Under the pieces are notes generated by a model. That model ran no database searches, was not told where the DNA came from, and saw nothing but the letters and a program-made list of their open reading frames with translations. Position numbers and translations under genes: made by a program. From the NCBI GenBank assembly GCA_035515235.1, contig DATJBS010000024.1, positions 1,634 to 65,633 of the forward strand: DNA of 64,000 nt. Direction: 5' to 3'. The stretch's first letter is position 1, and each line of letters begins with the position of its first letter. Below are positions 35,517 to 46,414 of the stretch, in pieces. Source of the stretch: Chitinophagales bacterium (GTDB lineage Bacteria > Bacteroidota > Bacteroidia > Chitinophagales > JADIYW01).

Positions 35517-36365
35517 ATGGACAAATATCCTGCATCAGTAACCATGGACGATCTGGTATTTGAAGGGCGAAATAAAGCATATGGCGCCTATCAACTACGT
35601 AAGATCAATCCTAAGTATGCAGCTATTGCTACAGTAATCTCTATTGTCTTATTTGTTTTGGCTGTCGTTTTTTCTAAAATAGAATTAAATGTCAGTGGAA
35701 AAGGAAAAGATGAAAAGAAAGTAATAGTTGAAACTACAACAGTGGAATTGCCTCCTGACGAAATACCAGTGGATCTTCCACCGCCACCACCGCCACCACC
35801 ACCACCGCCACCACCAGAAGCTCCTCAAGTGAAATTCGTGGAAATGGTAGTGAAAAAGGACGAATTGGTAGCTGAGAAGAAAATCACTACGGTAGATGAG
35901 GCTAAAGATGAAACTAAAGCTATCAGTACTATAAATAAAGAAGGAGACGGAAATACTAAACCAAAAGTAGTAGAAGAAGCTCCTAAGAATTTCGGTACTG
36001 GACCTGCTGTTCCTGTTAAAGAAAAGGAAGACGTGGACGATCGTCAATACGAATTCTTTGAGATTTCAGAACAACCATCTTTCCCAGGTGGAGCAGAAGC
36101 CATGCAAGCTTATATCTACAAAAACATAAAATATCCTGAAGTAGCCATGGATAATGGTATCGAAGGAACTGTTTCTATACAGTTTGTGGTAGATAAAGAT
36201 GGAACGATTACTAATATCAAAGTAGTAAGAGATCCAGGTGGAGGATTAGGTAGAGAAGCAGAAAGAGTTGTGAAATCTATGCCTAAATGGAAACCAGGTA
36301 AGCAAAGAGAAACTCCAGTTAGAGTTAAAATGGTGATTCCTGTTAGATTCAAATTGAATAGATAA
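35517..36365 (+). CDS. tonB: energy transducer TonB
   Basis: N-terminal TM, a poly-Pro spacer (PPPPPPPPPPPPEAP, nt ~35779-35817), and a C-terminal TonB_C domain (GIEGTVSIQFVVDKDGTITNIKV). Confidence 0.85.
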   Translation: MDKYPASVTMDDLVFEGRNKAYGAYQLRKINPKYAAIATVISIVLFVLAVVFSKIELNVSGKGKDEKKVIVETTTVELPPDEIPVDLPPPPPPPPPPPPPEAPQVKFVEMVVKKDELVAEKKITTVDEAKDETKAISTINKEGDGNTKPKVVEEAPKNFGTGPAVPVKEKEDVDDRQYEFFEISEQPSFPGGAEAMQAYIYKNIKYPEVAMDNGIEGTVSIQFVVDKDGTITNIKVVRDPGGGLGREAERVVKSMPKWKPGKQRETPVRVKMVIPVRFKLNR

Positions 36366-36387
36366 TTCTAATAAACATCAAAATATA

Positions 36388-36426
36388 AAGAGGTGATTCA
36401 TTTATTGAGTCACCTCTTTTGTTTTT
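36388..36426 (+). terminator. rho-independent terminator after tonB
   Basis: The stem AAGAGGTGA (36388-36396) pairs with TCACCTCTT (36410-36418) and is followed by TTTTGTTTTT. Confidence 0.7.
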
Positions 36427-36495
36427 ATAACCAAATATCTCTTAGCTTTTCATTCATATCACTTATCTTGTCAGCTACAGATATCAACTAGTAAC

Positions 36496-38643
36496 ATGAG
36501 AAAAATCCTATACCTAATCTTAACCATGAGTGTTCTTGCAAGCTGTGCAAGAGTGAATTATTTTAAAACGAAAAAAATAGACCATACTGATAATTACTTT
36601 GGACATGAAGTAAAAGATGAGTATCAATGGCTAGAAGACGATCAATCTAAAGAGACTGAAGTATGGGTCAATAAAGAAAACAAAATCACTCAGAAGTATT
36701 TATCTAAAATTCAATTTAAAGATCAAATGAATACTCGTTTGACTGAATTGAATGATTACGAAAGAATGTATGATTTTAGAAAAGCAGGTCTAAATTATAT
36801 TTATCAAAAAAATACTGGACTTCAGAAGCAATCTGTTTTTATGATACGTCCTGCTTATGAACAAGAAGGAATAGAAGATGAAGTGTTAATTGACCCAAAC
36901 TTAATTGACTCCACAGGAAAAACGCAAATCAAACTTCTAGAATACTTTAAAAACTTTGATTATATAGTAGCAGCTTTTAACCAATCTGGAAGCGACTGGT
37001 CTACTTTAAAAGTATATGATATTGCTAATAGAAAATTTTTATCTGATGAGTTAAAATGGGTAAAATGGACTACCATACAATGGTACAACCAAGGGTTTTA
37101 TTATAGTAGATATGATGCTCCACCAGAAGGGAAGGAGTTGTCATCTGTAAATGACCAACAAAAGATATATTTTCATAAAATTGGAGAACCTCAAGAGGAG
37201 GACATCTTAATTTTTGAAGATCCAAATGCTTCTAAATTGTATTATGAGCTTTTAGTTACTGATGATGAGAAGTACCAAATTCTTAATAAATATAATGGTA
37301 CAGATGGTTACGAAACTCATTATAGAAGATTGACTAATACTAAACCTAAGAAAGGACAAGAATTCAAAGTCTTATATGAAGGGTATGATTCTAAAAATAA
37401 AGTGATTGGAAGTACAGGAGAGCACTTTTATGTGTTGTCTAATTATGAAGCTCCCAATAATAAACTTGTTGCAGTTGATATTAATCGCTCTATACCTGAA
37501 GCATGGGTGGAAATTATTTCAGAAAAAGACGCTCTACTAGAGGATGTAAAAATGGTTTCAGGGAAGTTTTTAGCACTTTATCTTAAAAATGCTCAATCAG
37601 AATTAGTGGAAATGAAATGGAATGGTACTGCTCGAGAAAATATTCTTTTGCCTGGATTAGGTACGGTCAAGATTGAATATGCAGATCCAGGAGATTCTGA
37701 ATTTTTGTATTCTTACTCGTCATTTACTCAGCCTTATATCTGCTATAGTGGAGATGTCAACTCCAGAGATTTTAAAATCCTTGCTGAACCTACCATTAAT
37801 TTTGATGCTTCTTTATATGACACCGATCAAGTTTGGTATACATCAAAAGACGGAACTAAAATATCTATGTTTATTTTGAAGAAAAAAGGTTTGGTAATGG
37901 ATGGTACTAATCCAGCATATTTATACGGCTACGGAGGATTTAGTGTCAACTTGACTCCAAGATTCAGTTCATCATATATTGCATTATTAGAACAAGGAGT
38001 AGTGATTGCAATTCCTAACTTAAGAGGTGGTGCCGAGTTTGGAGAAGATTGGCATCGTGCAGGAATGAAGATGAACAAGCAAAATGTATTTGATGACTTC
38101 ATCGCTGCAGCTGAATATTTGATTAAAGAGAAATATACTTCTTCAGAAAAATTAGCAATTGCTGGCGGTTCAAATGGTGGACTTCTTGTAGGTGCAGTGA
38201 TGACTCAAAGACCAGAATTGGCACAAGTAGCTTTTCCCGCTGTAGGTGTAATGGATATGTTGAAATTCCAAAAGTTTACTGTCGGTTGGGGATGGGTTCC
38301 AGAGTATGGATCTAGCGAAGAAAGCGAAGAGATGTTTAAATATCTTTTAGGTTATTCTCCTTATCACAATCTCGAAAAGAAAGTAAAGTACCCGGCTACT
38401 TTGATTACTACTGCAGATCATGACGATAGAGTAGTTCCCGCACATTCTTATAAGTTTGCTGCTAGATTACAAGAAAAAGGTAAAAAGAAAAATCCTTTAT
38501 TGATACAGATTTTTAAAGATTCAGGTCATGGAGCAGGTAAGCCTATTAATAAGAGAATAGAAGAAACTGCCGAAGCTTGGTCTTTTTTCTTGAAAAATGT
38601 TGGTGTAAAAACTCTTGTGCTTCCTAAAAATGAACAAGAGTAA
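36496..38643 (+). CDS. prolyl oligopeptidase (S9A) lipoprotein
   Basis: Catalytic Ser in GGSNGG, Asp in DHDDRV, His in SGHGAG. N-terminal beta-propeller region. Lipobox LASC. Confidence 0.85.
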   Translation: MRKILYLILTMSVLASCARVNYFKTKKIDHTDNYFGHEVKDEYQWLEDDQSKETEVWVNKENKITQKYLSKIQFKDQMNTRLTELNDYERMYDFRKAGLNYIYQKNTGLQKQSVFMIRPAYEQEGIEDEVLIDPNLIDSTGKTQIKLLEYFKNFDYIVAAFNQSGSDWSTLKVYDIANRKFLSDELKWVKWTTIQWYNQGFYYSRYDAPPEGKELSSVNDQQKIYFHKIGEPQEEDILIFEDPNASKLYYELLVTDDEKYQILNKYNGTDGYETHYRRLTNTKPKKGQEFKVLYEGYDSKNKVIGSTGEHFYVLSNYEAPNNKLVAVDINRSIPEAWVEIISEKDALLEDVKMVSGKFLALYLKNAQSELVEMKWNGTARENILLPGLGTVKIEYADPGDSEFLYSYSSFTQPYICYSGDVNSRDFKILAEPTINFDASLYDTDQVWYTSKDGTKISMFILKKKGLVMDGTNPAYLYGYGGFSVNLTPRFSSSYIALLEQGVVIAIPNLRGGAEFGEDWHRAGMKMNKQNVFDDFIAAAEYLIKEKYTSSEKLAIAGGSNGGLLVGAVMTQRPELAQVAFPAVGVMDMLKFQKFTVGWGWVPEYGSSEESEEMFKYLLGYSPYHNLEKKVKYPATLITTADHDDRVVPAHSYKFAARLQEKGKKKNPLLIQIFKDSGHGAGKPINKRIEETAEAWSFFLKNVGVKTLVLPKNEQE

Positions 38644-38655
38644 TCTTCTTCTCCA

Positions 38656-39597
38656 ATGAAGACTAATAAAGAAATATACAGACAATTGACTTTGTCACAT
38701 TCTATTCCATTATATCTACAAGCAGAATGGTTGGATATCGTCTGTGTGAACGGCATGGATTGGGATGTTGTATTTTCTTACGATGCAAAAAATAATATCC
38801 AAGGTTTTTGGCCTTATGTATTCAAACAACAACTCTTCTGGAAGAAAATAACTATGCCTTCATTTACACCTTATATGGGTCCGAGATTACTCTATCCAAA
38901 AAATTTGAAGGAATATGAACGCATTAGTTTTGAAAATAAGGTGCTAAAGGAATTGTATGAAAAAGTGCCTACATTCTCAGAAATAAAATTCAAATGGTCG
39001 AGAGATTATTGTAATTGGTTAGCATTTTATTGGAAAGGGTTCAAACAACAAACTTCCTATACCTATCTTATTCAGGATACTTCAGATACAGATTTTATAT
39101 TTAATCAGTTTAAAAAGAGCATTCAAAGGCAAATAAGGAAGGCTTCTGGGAATTTGCAGATAAGAGTAGCAGAAAGTACAGAGGATGTGATAAGAATGCT
39201 CGAAATGAGCTTAGCAGCATCTTCAAAACATTTAGTCGATAAAGAAATTTTAAAAAAGTTGCATCAATTTGCACACTCTAAAAGACAGTCTTGTATTTTG
39301 GAAGCAGTTGATTCAAATGAGAAAGTTATAGGTGCTATCTATTTAATTTGGGATCAACAAGAAATGCTGTATTTGTATGGTGGTTATGATGACCAAATGA
39401 ATGATAGTGGCGCAATGCCTCTGTTATTTTGGAATGCTTTACAAAAAGCTCACGAACTTGAATTGTCTTTCAATTATGAAGGAAGTATGCTAGAAGGAGT
39501 GGAACGATTCTTTAGAAGTTTTGGAGCAATACAAACACCAGTTTTTACATTAGAGAAAACATCTTTTCCTTATCAATATATAGATGTTTTGAGATGA
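38656..39597 (+). CDS. FemAB/GNAT-fold acyltransferase-like protein
   Basis: Size and C-terminal pattern (GAIYLIWDQQEMLYLYGGYD...NYEGS) resemble FemAB-like / BioF2-like GNAT proteins. Unverified. Confidence 0.4.
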   Translation: MKTNKEIYRQLTLSHSIPLYLQAEWLDIVCVNGMDWDVVFSYDAKNNIQGFWPYVFKQQLFWKKITMPSFTPYMGPRLLYPKNLKEYERISFENKVLKELYEKVPTFSEIKFKWSRDYCNWLAFYWKGFKQQTSYTYLIQDTSDTDFIFNQFKKSIQRQIRKASGNLQIRVAESTEDVIRMLEMSLAASSKHLVDKEILKKLHQFAHSKRQSCILEAVDSNEKVIGAIYLIWDQQEMLYLYGGYDDQMNDSGAMPLLFWNALQKAHELELSFNYEGSMLEGVERFFRSFGAIQTPVFTLEKTSFPYQYIDVLR

Positions 39598-40847
39598 AAA
39601 TTTTAATGCTTTCTACTTATGATTTGAATGGAGGGGCTGCTATCGCTACTTCAAGATTAATGCAAGCACTCAACAAATACGGTCATGAAGTCAAAATGCT
39701 TGTTGCTAATAAAACTTCAAATAATACTATTGTATTTCAAGCATCTACAATTTTTAATAACAAAGCACAAAAGATCAATCTGGCTTTAGAAAAAGGGTTA
39801 TTTTTATTGCATGAGAAAAATAATGAAGTCAGATATCAATTTTCTACAGCGGTCATAGGTTTTAATATTCGCCAAAACGCACTTTTGAAGTGGGCGGATG
39901 TGATTCATCTTCATTGGACATTACAAGGATTTTTATCTATTAGAGAAATGGCATATTTGCAAACATTAGGAAAACCTGTTGTTTGGACACTTCATGATAT
40001 GTGGGCTTTTACTGGAGGATGTCATTATTCAGGAGACTGTGATCACTTCAAAAGAGAATGTGGAAATTGTCCGTATTTAAAGCATCCATCTTCAAATGAT
40101 TTAAGTCATAAAATTTATCAAAAAAAGAAAAATTATTACAAAAACTATCACTTTGTTACTTGTAGTCAATGGTTAGGAGAAGTAGCAAAAACTTCCACTT
40201 TATTGAAAGGTTTTGGAGTTGAATCTATCGCTAATCCGATAGATACAAATGTATTTAAGCCTGCGGAAAATAAAAATGATTTAAAGCTTCAATTGAAATT
40301 GGATCCGAATAAAAGCTATGTATTATTTGGAGCAAGTAGTTTAAAGGATAAAAGAAAAGGGCTACATTATTTTTTGGAAGCCATGAAATTATACCAGCAA
40401 AAAACTACTGATTTACCTACAATAATTTTATATGGATCTCAAAATCACGATGTAAATATTGAAGGATTTGAAATTATACATGCTGGATTTTTAAATGAAA
40501 GTGAATTGATTGCTTATTATCAAGTAAGTGATATTTATGTGATTACTTCTTTAGAAGATAATTTGCCTAATACCGTAATGGAAGCTATAGCTTGTGGACT
40601 TCCTGTTTTGAGTTTTGATACTGGAGGTATTCCTCAAATGGTGCAACATTTAGAATCTGGATATATTGCTAAGTATAAATCTGTCGAAGATATTTGTGAA
40701 GGGCTAGATGTATTATTAAATTCTAGTGATCTGTATCAAATGAGTCAAAATGCTAGAAATTACTGTTTAGATCATTTCACTGAAGAAATAATTTCTCAAA
40801 AATATACTGAAACCTATAATCGATTACTTAATCGCTTCGACAAATAG
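39594..40847 (+). CDS. glycosyltransferase family 4 (GT-B)
   Basis: N-terminal MKILMLSTYDLNGGAA and C-terminal EDNLPNTVMEAIACGLPVLSFDTGG (E-x7-E type motif). Confidence 0.8.
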   Translation: MKILMLSTYDLNGGAAIATSRLMQALNKYGHEVKMLVANKTSNNTIVFQASTIFNNKAQKINLALEKGLFLLHEKNNEVRYQFSTAVIGFNIRQNALLKWADVIHLHWTLQGFLSIREMAYLQTLGKPVVWTLHDMWAFTGGCHYSGDCDHFKRECGNCPYLKHPSSNDLSHKIYQKKKNYYKNYHFVTCSQWLGEVAKTSTLLKGFGVESIANPIDTNVFKPAENKNDLKLQLKLDPNKSYVLFGASSLKDKRKGLHYFLEAMKLYQQKTTDLPTIILYGSQNHDVNIEGFEIIHAGFLNESELIAYYQVSDIYVITSLEDNLPNTVMEAIACGLPVLSFDTGGIPQMVQHLESGYIAKYKSVEDICEGLDVLLNSSDLYQMSQNARNYCLDHFTEEIISQKYTETYNRLLNRFDK

Positions 40848-41675
40848 AGAGTCCGGTTTAAATACTTTCCCCTCTTTTCCATCTAATTGATAGCTATTCC
40901 AATTCGGAATTCTGCTATTAAAAGCATCTGTGATTTTTACATTTTTAAAGCCTTGTTCTTCTAATATTTTTTTGATGGAGTAATGGTCATACATCCATTG
41001 ATGAATTTCCCCTGAAGTCCTAAAAGAGCCAATTTTATAAGAGATTTTTGATTGCCCCCATAGAAGTATGTTTAATACAACTTTGTCTCTAAAAGTCTCT
41101 TTGATGAGTCTGAACTTTGATTTAAAACTAAGATGAAGAAACTTTTTAACTTTATAAATGAGTGTTTTTTTGCTTTGTTGACCTACTTCCAAAATATGGG
41201 CTGCTTCAAAACCCACTCTTTCTTTTATGAAATCTATGTTTTTATTGGCTTGTTGATTTAAAAGATACGTTTTCATTTGCCCGCCTGACTGGTTTCTAAC
41301 CATTTGATCCAGGAGTTCTAGTTTCATCCAATGATACTTAGAGATGTTAGATGGAGTTTCATCTACTGCAACTTCCTGGAGCGCTTCTAGATATAATTTA
41401 GCAATATTTTCTAAGTCAGGTAAAGCAATTCTTATAATTCCGTTCGGTTGTAATATCCGATAACAATCTTTTATAAATCCTGCAACTTGAGTATAAGGAA
41501 TGTGCTCAATTACATGAGAATGATATACCACCTCATAGGTCATATCTTTGAAAGGAATGCCTTTAGTGATGTCATATTCGATCACATTCTTGCTATGAGA
41601 GACAATATCTATATTGTTCCAATCTGGATGAAATCGATCTCCGCAACCTATATTTAAGTAGGGTAGTTTAGACAT
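40824..41675 (-). CDS. class I SAM-dependent methyltransferase
   Basis: Motif I LNIGCGD, and ILQPNGIIRIALPD. Its 3' end overlaps the convergent GT4 gene by 24 bp. Confidence 0.7.
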   Translation of the reverse strand: MSKLPYLNIGCGDRFHPDWNNIDIVSHSKNVIEYDITKGIPFKDMTYEVVYHSHVIEHIPYTQVAGFIKDCYRILQPNGIIRIALPDLENIAKLYLEALQEVAVDETPSNISKYHWMKLELLDQMVRNQSGGQMKTYLLNQQANKNIDFIKERVGFEAAHILEVGQQSKKTLIYKVKKFLHLSFKSKFRLIKETFRDKVVLNILLWGQSKISYKIGSFRTSGEIHQWMYDHYSIKKILEEQGFKNVKITDAFNSRIPNWNSYQLDGKEGKVFKPDSLFVEAIK

Positions 41676-44238
41676 TATTTTGAGAGGTTTTTTCTTTTAT
41701 TTTTTGGATAAATGTTAAAACAATTATTCCAATTCCAAGTAGAACAATTACAATTGAACTAGCATAATCTAATTTATTCGCTAATTGTAAAGTTGGCGTA
41801 TCAAATTTGAAAACGATTTCATGGTTCCCTGCGGGTAACGACAAGCCTCTTAATACATAATTGACTTCATCTTGCTCTACGGCTTGATTGTCAATATATG
41901 CTGTCCAGCCTTTGCCACTATTGTAATATACTTCTGAGAATACTGCATAAGATGGGACAGAAGATTGATAGCGATATATCATTACATCATTATCCGCTTT
42001 GAATAAATCTATAGTTGCTGCTGAATCAAATGGAAGCGTTTGGCTTTGAGTAATGGTGGCATTAGGTTTTTCAAGTAAAGCTGTTTTAGATAAATCTTCT
42101 TTCATCAAATTGTCAAAGACTTCTACTGATCCATTGAGCACTTTTATATCATTTACTAACCATGCATTACCGTAAGCAAATTCGTTTTTAAATACTCCGG
42201 TAGTTTCAGGAGAAGTAATAACATATTTTGTATTCAGCATATTTAAAACTTGTGCGCCAGATACATTTCCATTGGAAAGCTGTTGGATATTATCATTGAT
42301 TTGATAAGAAATAATATCCTGGTATCTTTTCAGTTTTACGGAGTGGTAACCACCAATATTTTTATGGAAATAGGAAGGTTTAGCTTCACTAAATGAATTG
42401 ACTGTGAGGTCTAATACTCTATAATCACTAGTGTCTTGTAATATAAAGCTGTCTGCAGCACTTGGTCTAAAGTTAGATTTAGATGCAATCTCATCAGTAA
42501 ATGAATCGTAATTCACATATCTTTTGTCTACCCCTACGATGTCAAATAAAATGAGAATAATGATTCCGGTTAGCATGATTTCTCCAGAAAGTTTTCTCTT
42601 TAAGAAAGTAGCAACTAAGCCTGCAGTTAATACTATAAAAACTGTAGAACGTAGAGCATCCATTCTCATCATGGACTTTCTTTCACTCAATAATCCTCCA
42701 TAAATAGCATCGCTCATTTGTGAATTGTTCTGAGTCATTTGCAATAGTTGAACTTTCAAATTACCATCTACCGATTCTGAAACGAATGAGAAGATAGATG
42801 GTCCTAGTAAAGTCAACACTACCATAAAACCAATAAACCCGATAGATGCTTTATAAAAATGATTCCAATAAACTTCTCTGTTTTGACGATCGCCATAAAT
42901 TTGTTGAAGCGTCAATGCCGCGGTAATAGCTACAATAATTGTCGTGAGGTAAAACACCATGGAAGGCGTTCTGAATTTATTGAAGTAAGGTAGGTAATTG
43001 AAGAGAAATTTGTAAAAAATACTAAAGTTGTTTCCCCAAGCTATAAAAAGAGTCACGAAGAATGCAGTAAGTAGCCACCATCTTTTATTGTCTCTTATGA
43101 TGAAAAAACCTAGGAACATTAGATAGATAAGAATAGCTCCGATATAAGTAGTTCCTGCAACAAAAGGCTGATTTCCCCAATAGGTCGGTAGTTGATTCGC
43201 TACTTGGATGGCATTACTTGCAGGCACACCATTTTGAATCAATGCTTTTGCAATCTCGTTGTTATCATCGACTTTTTTGATGACTGCTGGTCCACCACTA
43301 AAATTTGGTATCAGTAAGGTAAAAGATTCTAAAATGCCATAGCTCCAAGACGTGGCATATTCATACCCAACGCCATCTGAAGCCACTTGATTAGGGCTTT
43401 TAGCAATTTCTACTTCACTAGGTCCGCCCCTTTGAGTTTCTTCGCTATATTCTTTTGTAGTGAGTAACTGCGATGAATTGTTGATTGCTCCTAAACCGAG
43501 GCCTAAAATCAATACTATCAAAGAAATTAAGATATGCTTGTAATCTTTATTTTTAATGGTTTCAAAGAGTTTGAATATTGCCCAAATACCTACCAAAAAT
43601 CCCATGAAGTAAGTAATCTGTACGTGATTAAGTCTAATCTGAAAAGATATAGAAAGAGCTATAATGAACAGAGCTAATAAATACTTTTTCTTTTCGAATA
43701 ACAACCAAATTCCTGCTAATGTCATTGGTACTAAAGACATGACAAGCACTTTATTATTATGACCCGCGTATAAGCTGATCACTGTAAAATTACTCAAGAT
43801 AATTCCTGTACTTGCAATGATATTGATTAGTGGACTTACACCTATCACATAAAATAATAATGAAGAACAAAGCACAGCAATAATTCCAGTAGCAATGTAT
43901 GTATTAAGCGTATTGAAAAGATGATCAAATATCCATGAGGAAATATTGTGATGAGACTTCCAAATTTGAAAAGAGGGCATTCCCGAAAACATATTGGTGG
44001 CCCAATTTGCATATTCGCCAGTAGCTTTAAAATGCTCTTCTAAATTATGAGACATTATAATTCCTTGTAAATAATCATGAGCAGATAAAGAATTTCCACT
44101 TAATGCAGGAAGGTAGAACGTAATAGAAAAGAATATTAATATTAAAACACCTATTAAATACATCCATTTAGAGTTCAAAAATGATTTGGAAGTACTTTCT
44201 TCTACTATATTATTTGTTGTTTTTTTAAATTTTGACAT
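41668..44238 (-). CDS. YfhO-family polytopic membrane protein (putative glycosyl/glycan transferase)
   Basis: 856 aa with many TM helices in the N-terminal two thirds and a soluble C-terminal domain plus a terminal TM. The architecture is typical of YfhO. Confidence 0.6.
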   Translation of the reverse strand: MSKFKKTTNNIVEESTSKSFLNSKWMYLIGVLILIFFSITFYLPALSGNSLSAHDYLQGIIMSHNLEEHFKATGEYANWATNMFSGMPSFQIWKSHHNISSWIFDHLFNTLNTYIATGIIAVLCSSLLFYVIGVSPLINIIASTGIILSNFTVISLYAGHNNKVLVMSLVPMTLAGIWLLFEKKKYLLALFIIALSISFQIRLNHVQITYFMGFLVGIWAIFKLFETIKNKDYKHILISLIVLILGLGLGAINNSSQLLTTKEYSEETQRGGPSEVEIAKSPNQVASDGVGYEYATSWSYGILESFTLLIPNFSGGPAVIKKVDDNNEIAKALIQNGVPASNAIQVANQLPTYWGNQPFVAGTTYIGAILIYLMFLGFFIIRDNKRWWLLTAFFVTLFIAWGNNFSIFYKFLFNYLPYFNKFRTPSMVFYLTTIIVAITAALTLQQIYGDRQNREVYWNHFYKASIGFIGFMVVLTLLGPSIFSFVSESVDGNLKVQLLQMTQNNSQMSDAIYGGLLSERKSMMRMDALRSTVFIVLTAGLVATFLKRKLSGEIMLTGIIILILFDIVGVDKRYVNYDSFTDEIASKSNFRPSAADSFILQDTSDYRVLDLTVNSFSEAKPSYFHKNIGGYHSVKLKRYQDIISYQINDNIQQLSNGNVSGAQVLNMLNTKYVITSPETTGVFKNEFAYGNAWLVNDIKVLNGSVEVFDNLMKEDLSKTALLEKPNATITQSQTLPFDSAATIDLFKADNDVMIYRYQSSVPSYAVFSEVYYNSGKGWTAYIDNQAVEQDEVNYVLRGLSLPAGNHEIVFKFDTPTLQLANKLDYASSIVIVLLGIGIIVLTFIQKIKEKTSQNNV

Positions 44239-44448
44239 TTTTCAAAAATTCGATGCGATAAAAATAATTTATTCTTCATTAAAGTCCTCATTCTAAGGAG
44301 TAATAGTTTTTTCGATAGCTTGTAACTCAGTAATAAAGAATTTCTAGTATAAAAAACTTTTTAAAAGATATAGAAAGCATTTTCGATTATGGCTATTTTT
44401 TAGTTGTATTTTGTCAGCAAGATAATTTTAATTTTTTTTGTTGCTGAA

Positions 44449-45375
44449 ATGAAAGTTTGTTTAGTTGTTATTTATAATCATAGATATGAAAAAAATATCA
44501 CACCATTAAATAAATATTACAAAGATAGATTTGATGATATTTTTCATGTTATACCATTTTATCAATCAGATGATGATAAAGTCATTACAGTTTATGAAAA
44601 CTCTCATCAATTCAATGGATATATAGCTCAAGCATTCAAAAGTTTTTATCACGACGAATTTACTCATTATGTTTTTGCGGGAGATGATTTAATTCTACAT
44701 CCAGATGTTAATCAAAATAATATTATTGAGGGATTGGGATTAACTCAAAATAGTTCTTATATCAAAAAACTCCATCCTTTATCAGATGTATCTATCCCAT
44801 GGTATCATATACCCAAAGTGCTTTATCGATTTGTATCTCATCAAGGTGTAGAAACAGAGCATGAATTGCCTAATAAAGAGGAAGCTGAAGGAAAGGCACT
44901 TAAAAACAATATTACACAGAAGAAAATGAGTTTAAAAAGCTTTTTAAAACATGTTTTTGTATTTAAAACTCCAATGACATTTTTTAGAACGGTTTTGTAT
45001 ACAATGGGCTATATGTACGTCAAGAGATTTAAAAACCTATTAGAACTTCCTTATCCTTTTGTTGCAGGATATTCAGATTTCTTTATTGTATCTAAAAGTA
45101 GTGTTCGAGACTTTTGTCATTACTGTGGCGTTTTTGCAGGCATGAATATTTTTGTAGAAGTTGCAATTCCCACAGCATTAATGCTTTCAAGTACAGATAT
45201 TAAATTTGAAAACAAGAAGTTTAGAGGGGTTGAGATATGGAATCCAAATAAAGTAAATGAACTTATGCAAAACAATAAAGCTTCAATAAAAGAGCTTTTT
45301 AAAAACCACCCTGATAAATTATATTTTCATCCTGTCAAACTTTCCACTTGGAAATTTGATAAGGAGATAGATTAA
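44449..45375 (+). CDS. hypothetical protein in the envelope-glycan cluster
   Basis: The track start at 44404 is TTG. The ATG at 44449 (MKVCLVVIYNHRYEKNI) is more plausible. No family recognised. Confidence 0.45.
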   Translation: MKVCLVVIYNHRYEKNITPLNKYYKDRFDDIFHVIPFYQSDDDKVITVYENSHQFNGYIAQAFKSFYHDEFTHYVFAGDDLILHPDVNQNNIIEGLGLTQNSSYIKKLHPLSDVSIPWYHIPKVLYRFVSHQGVETEHELPNKEEAEGKALKNNITQKKMSLKSFLKHVFVFKTPMTFFRTVLYTMGYMYVKRFKNLLELPYPFVAGYSDFFIVSKSSVRDFCHYCGVFAGMNIFVEVAIPTALMLSSTDIKFENKKFRGVEIWNPNKVNELMQNNKASIKELFKNHPDKLYFHPVKLSTWKFDKEID

Positions 45376-45447
45376 ATCTTATGAGATAATTTTTATTGCC
45401 TTTTTCTAGCTGAAGGGAGATTGTATCTAAAAATTAAAGAACAGTTT

Positions 45448-46239
45448 TTAAATTTTACTTAAGTTAGAGTGTGTATTAATCGCAACTCTACCTGTATAAT
45501 CAATTCTATTCAACATGAGTTGAATATTGTTTTCTTCAAAATATTCATCTGTAGCTTTTCGGCAACCTTCCCAATGACCATAATCGTCAATAATTAATAT
45601 ACCATCTCGGATTAATTTTGGGAATAAATGTATTAACTCATGTTTTGTAGATTCGTACCAGTCAGTATCAAGTCTCAACAATGCAATTGGTTCTTCGGGC
45701 ATCATTGAAGGTATAGTATCTTCTACTTTACCTTTGATAAAATTCAGGTTTTTTTCTTGGTAATTTGTCAAACCTAAATTAGCTTGTACATCAGCTAAAT
45801 CAGCTAAACACCATACAGAGTTTTTCTTAGTGCTTTTATTGGCTTCTAATAATTTATCAGCTTTTTCTCCCAACCACGAAATATCGTTTTTTGTAGGTTC
45901 TGACATACCTTCATAAGTGTCATATAAATAAATACTTCTATCGTATATCTTTCTGTTGGACAGCATTTTTGCAATTAACATGGAACTTCCACCTCTCCAT
46001 ACTCCACATTCTACAAATGAACCCTCAATATTATTTGACAAAACATAATCTACTGAAAGGTAAAGACTATACATTCTTTCAATAGATGTCATAGTATATG
46101 GCTTGCAAAGATTATAAATTTCCCAAAACTCTTCTTCTTTAATATCTTCCAAAGGTTTGCTTAATCCATTGTTGTCTTTTCTAGTTTTTTGAACCGAGTA
46201 GCCGAGTCTATTAAAGAGACGTAATATTATTTTTTTCAT
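45448..46239 (-). CDS. TylF/MycF/NovP-type O-methyltransferase
   Basis: GSFVECGVWRGGSSM and LRLDTDWYESTK are the typical macrocin-O-methyltransferase family motifs. Confidence 0.8.
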   Translation of the reverse strand: MKKIILRLFNRLGYSVQKTRKDNNGLSKPLEDIKEEEFWEIYNLCKPYTMTSIERMYSLYLSVDYVLSNNIEGSFVECGVWRGGSSMLIAKMLSNRKIYDRSIYLYDTYEGMSEPTKNDISWLGEKADKLLEANKSTKKNSVWCLADLADVQANLGLTNYQEKNLNFIKGKVEDTIPSMMPEEPIALLRLDTDWYESTKHELIHLFPKLIRDGILIIDDYGHWEGCRKATDEYFEENNIQLMLNRIDYTGRVAINTHSNLSKI

Positions 46240-46414
46240 TTATTTTAATATCTAAGATGGAATATAATAGAGTTTTGATGACTTAAACAAAGCGTGAATA
46301 TACTAAAACCATCTAGAATAGAGTTTCAATTTTTAACAATGTCGAGTACTGACAATATTGAAAATGAAGCACAGTGCTCCTTAACTTATAAAGTTTAATT
46401 CCTTCTAAAATCAG

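Noticed and set aside
35779-35817. CCACCGCCACCACC-type DNA repeat.
   Set aside because: It is simply the coding sequence of the TonB poly-proline spacer. It is not a CRISPR or a regulatory repeat.
33432-36365. MotA/ExbB-like and ExbD-like genes as possible Zorya ZorA/ZorB, given an SNF2 helicase elsewhere in the window.
   Set aside because: They form a classical exbB-exbD-exbD-tonB operon, with a proline-rich TonB carrying a TonB_C domain, in the core region about 27 kb from the SNF2 gene. There are no ZorC/ZorD-like partners.
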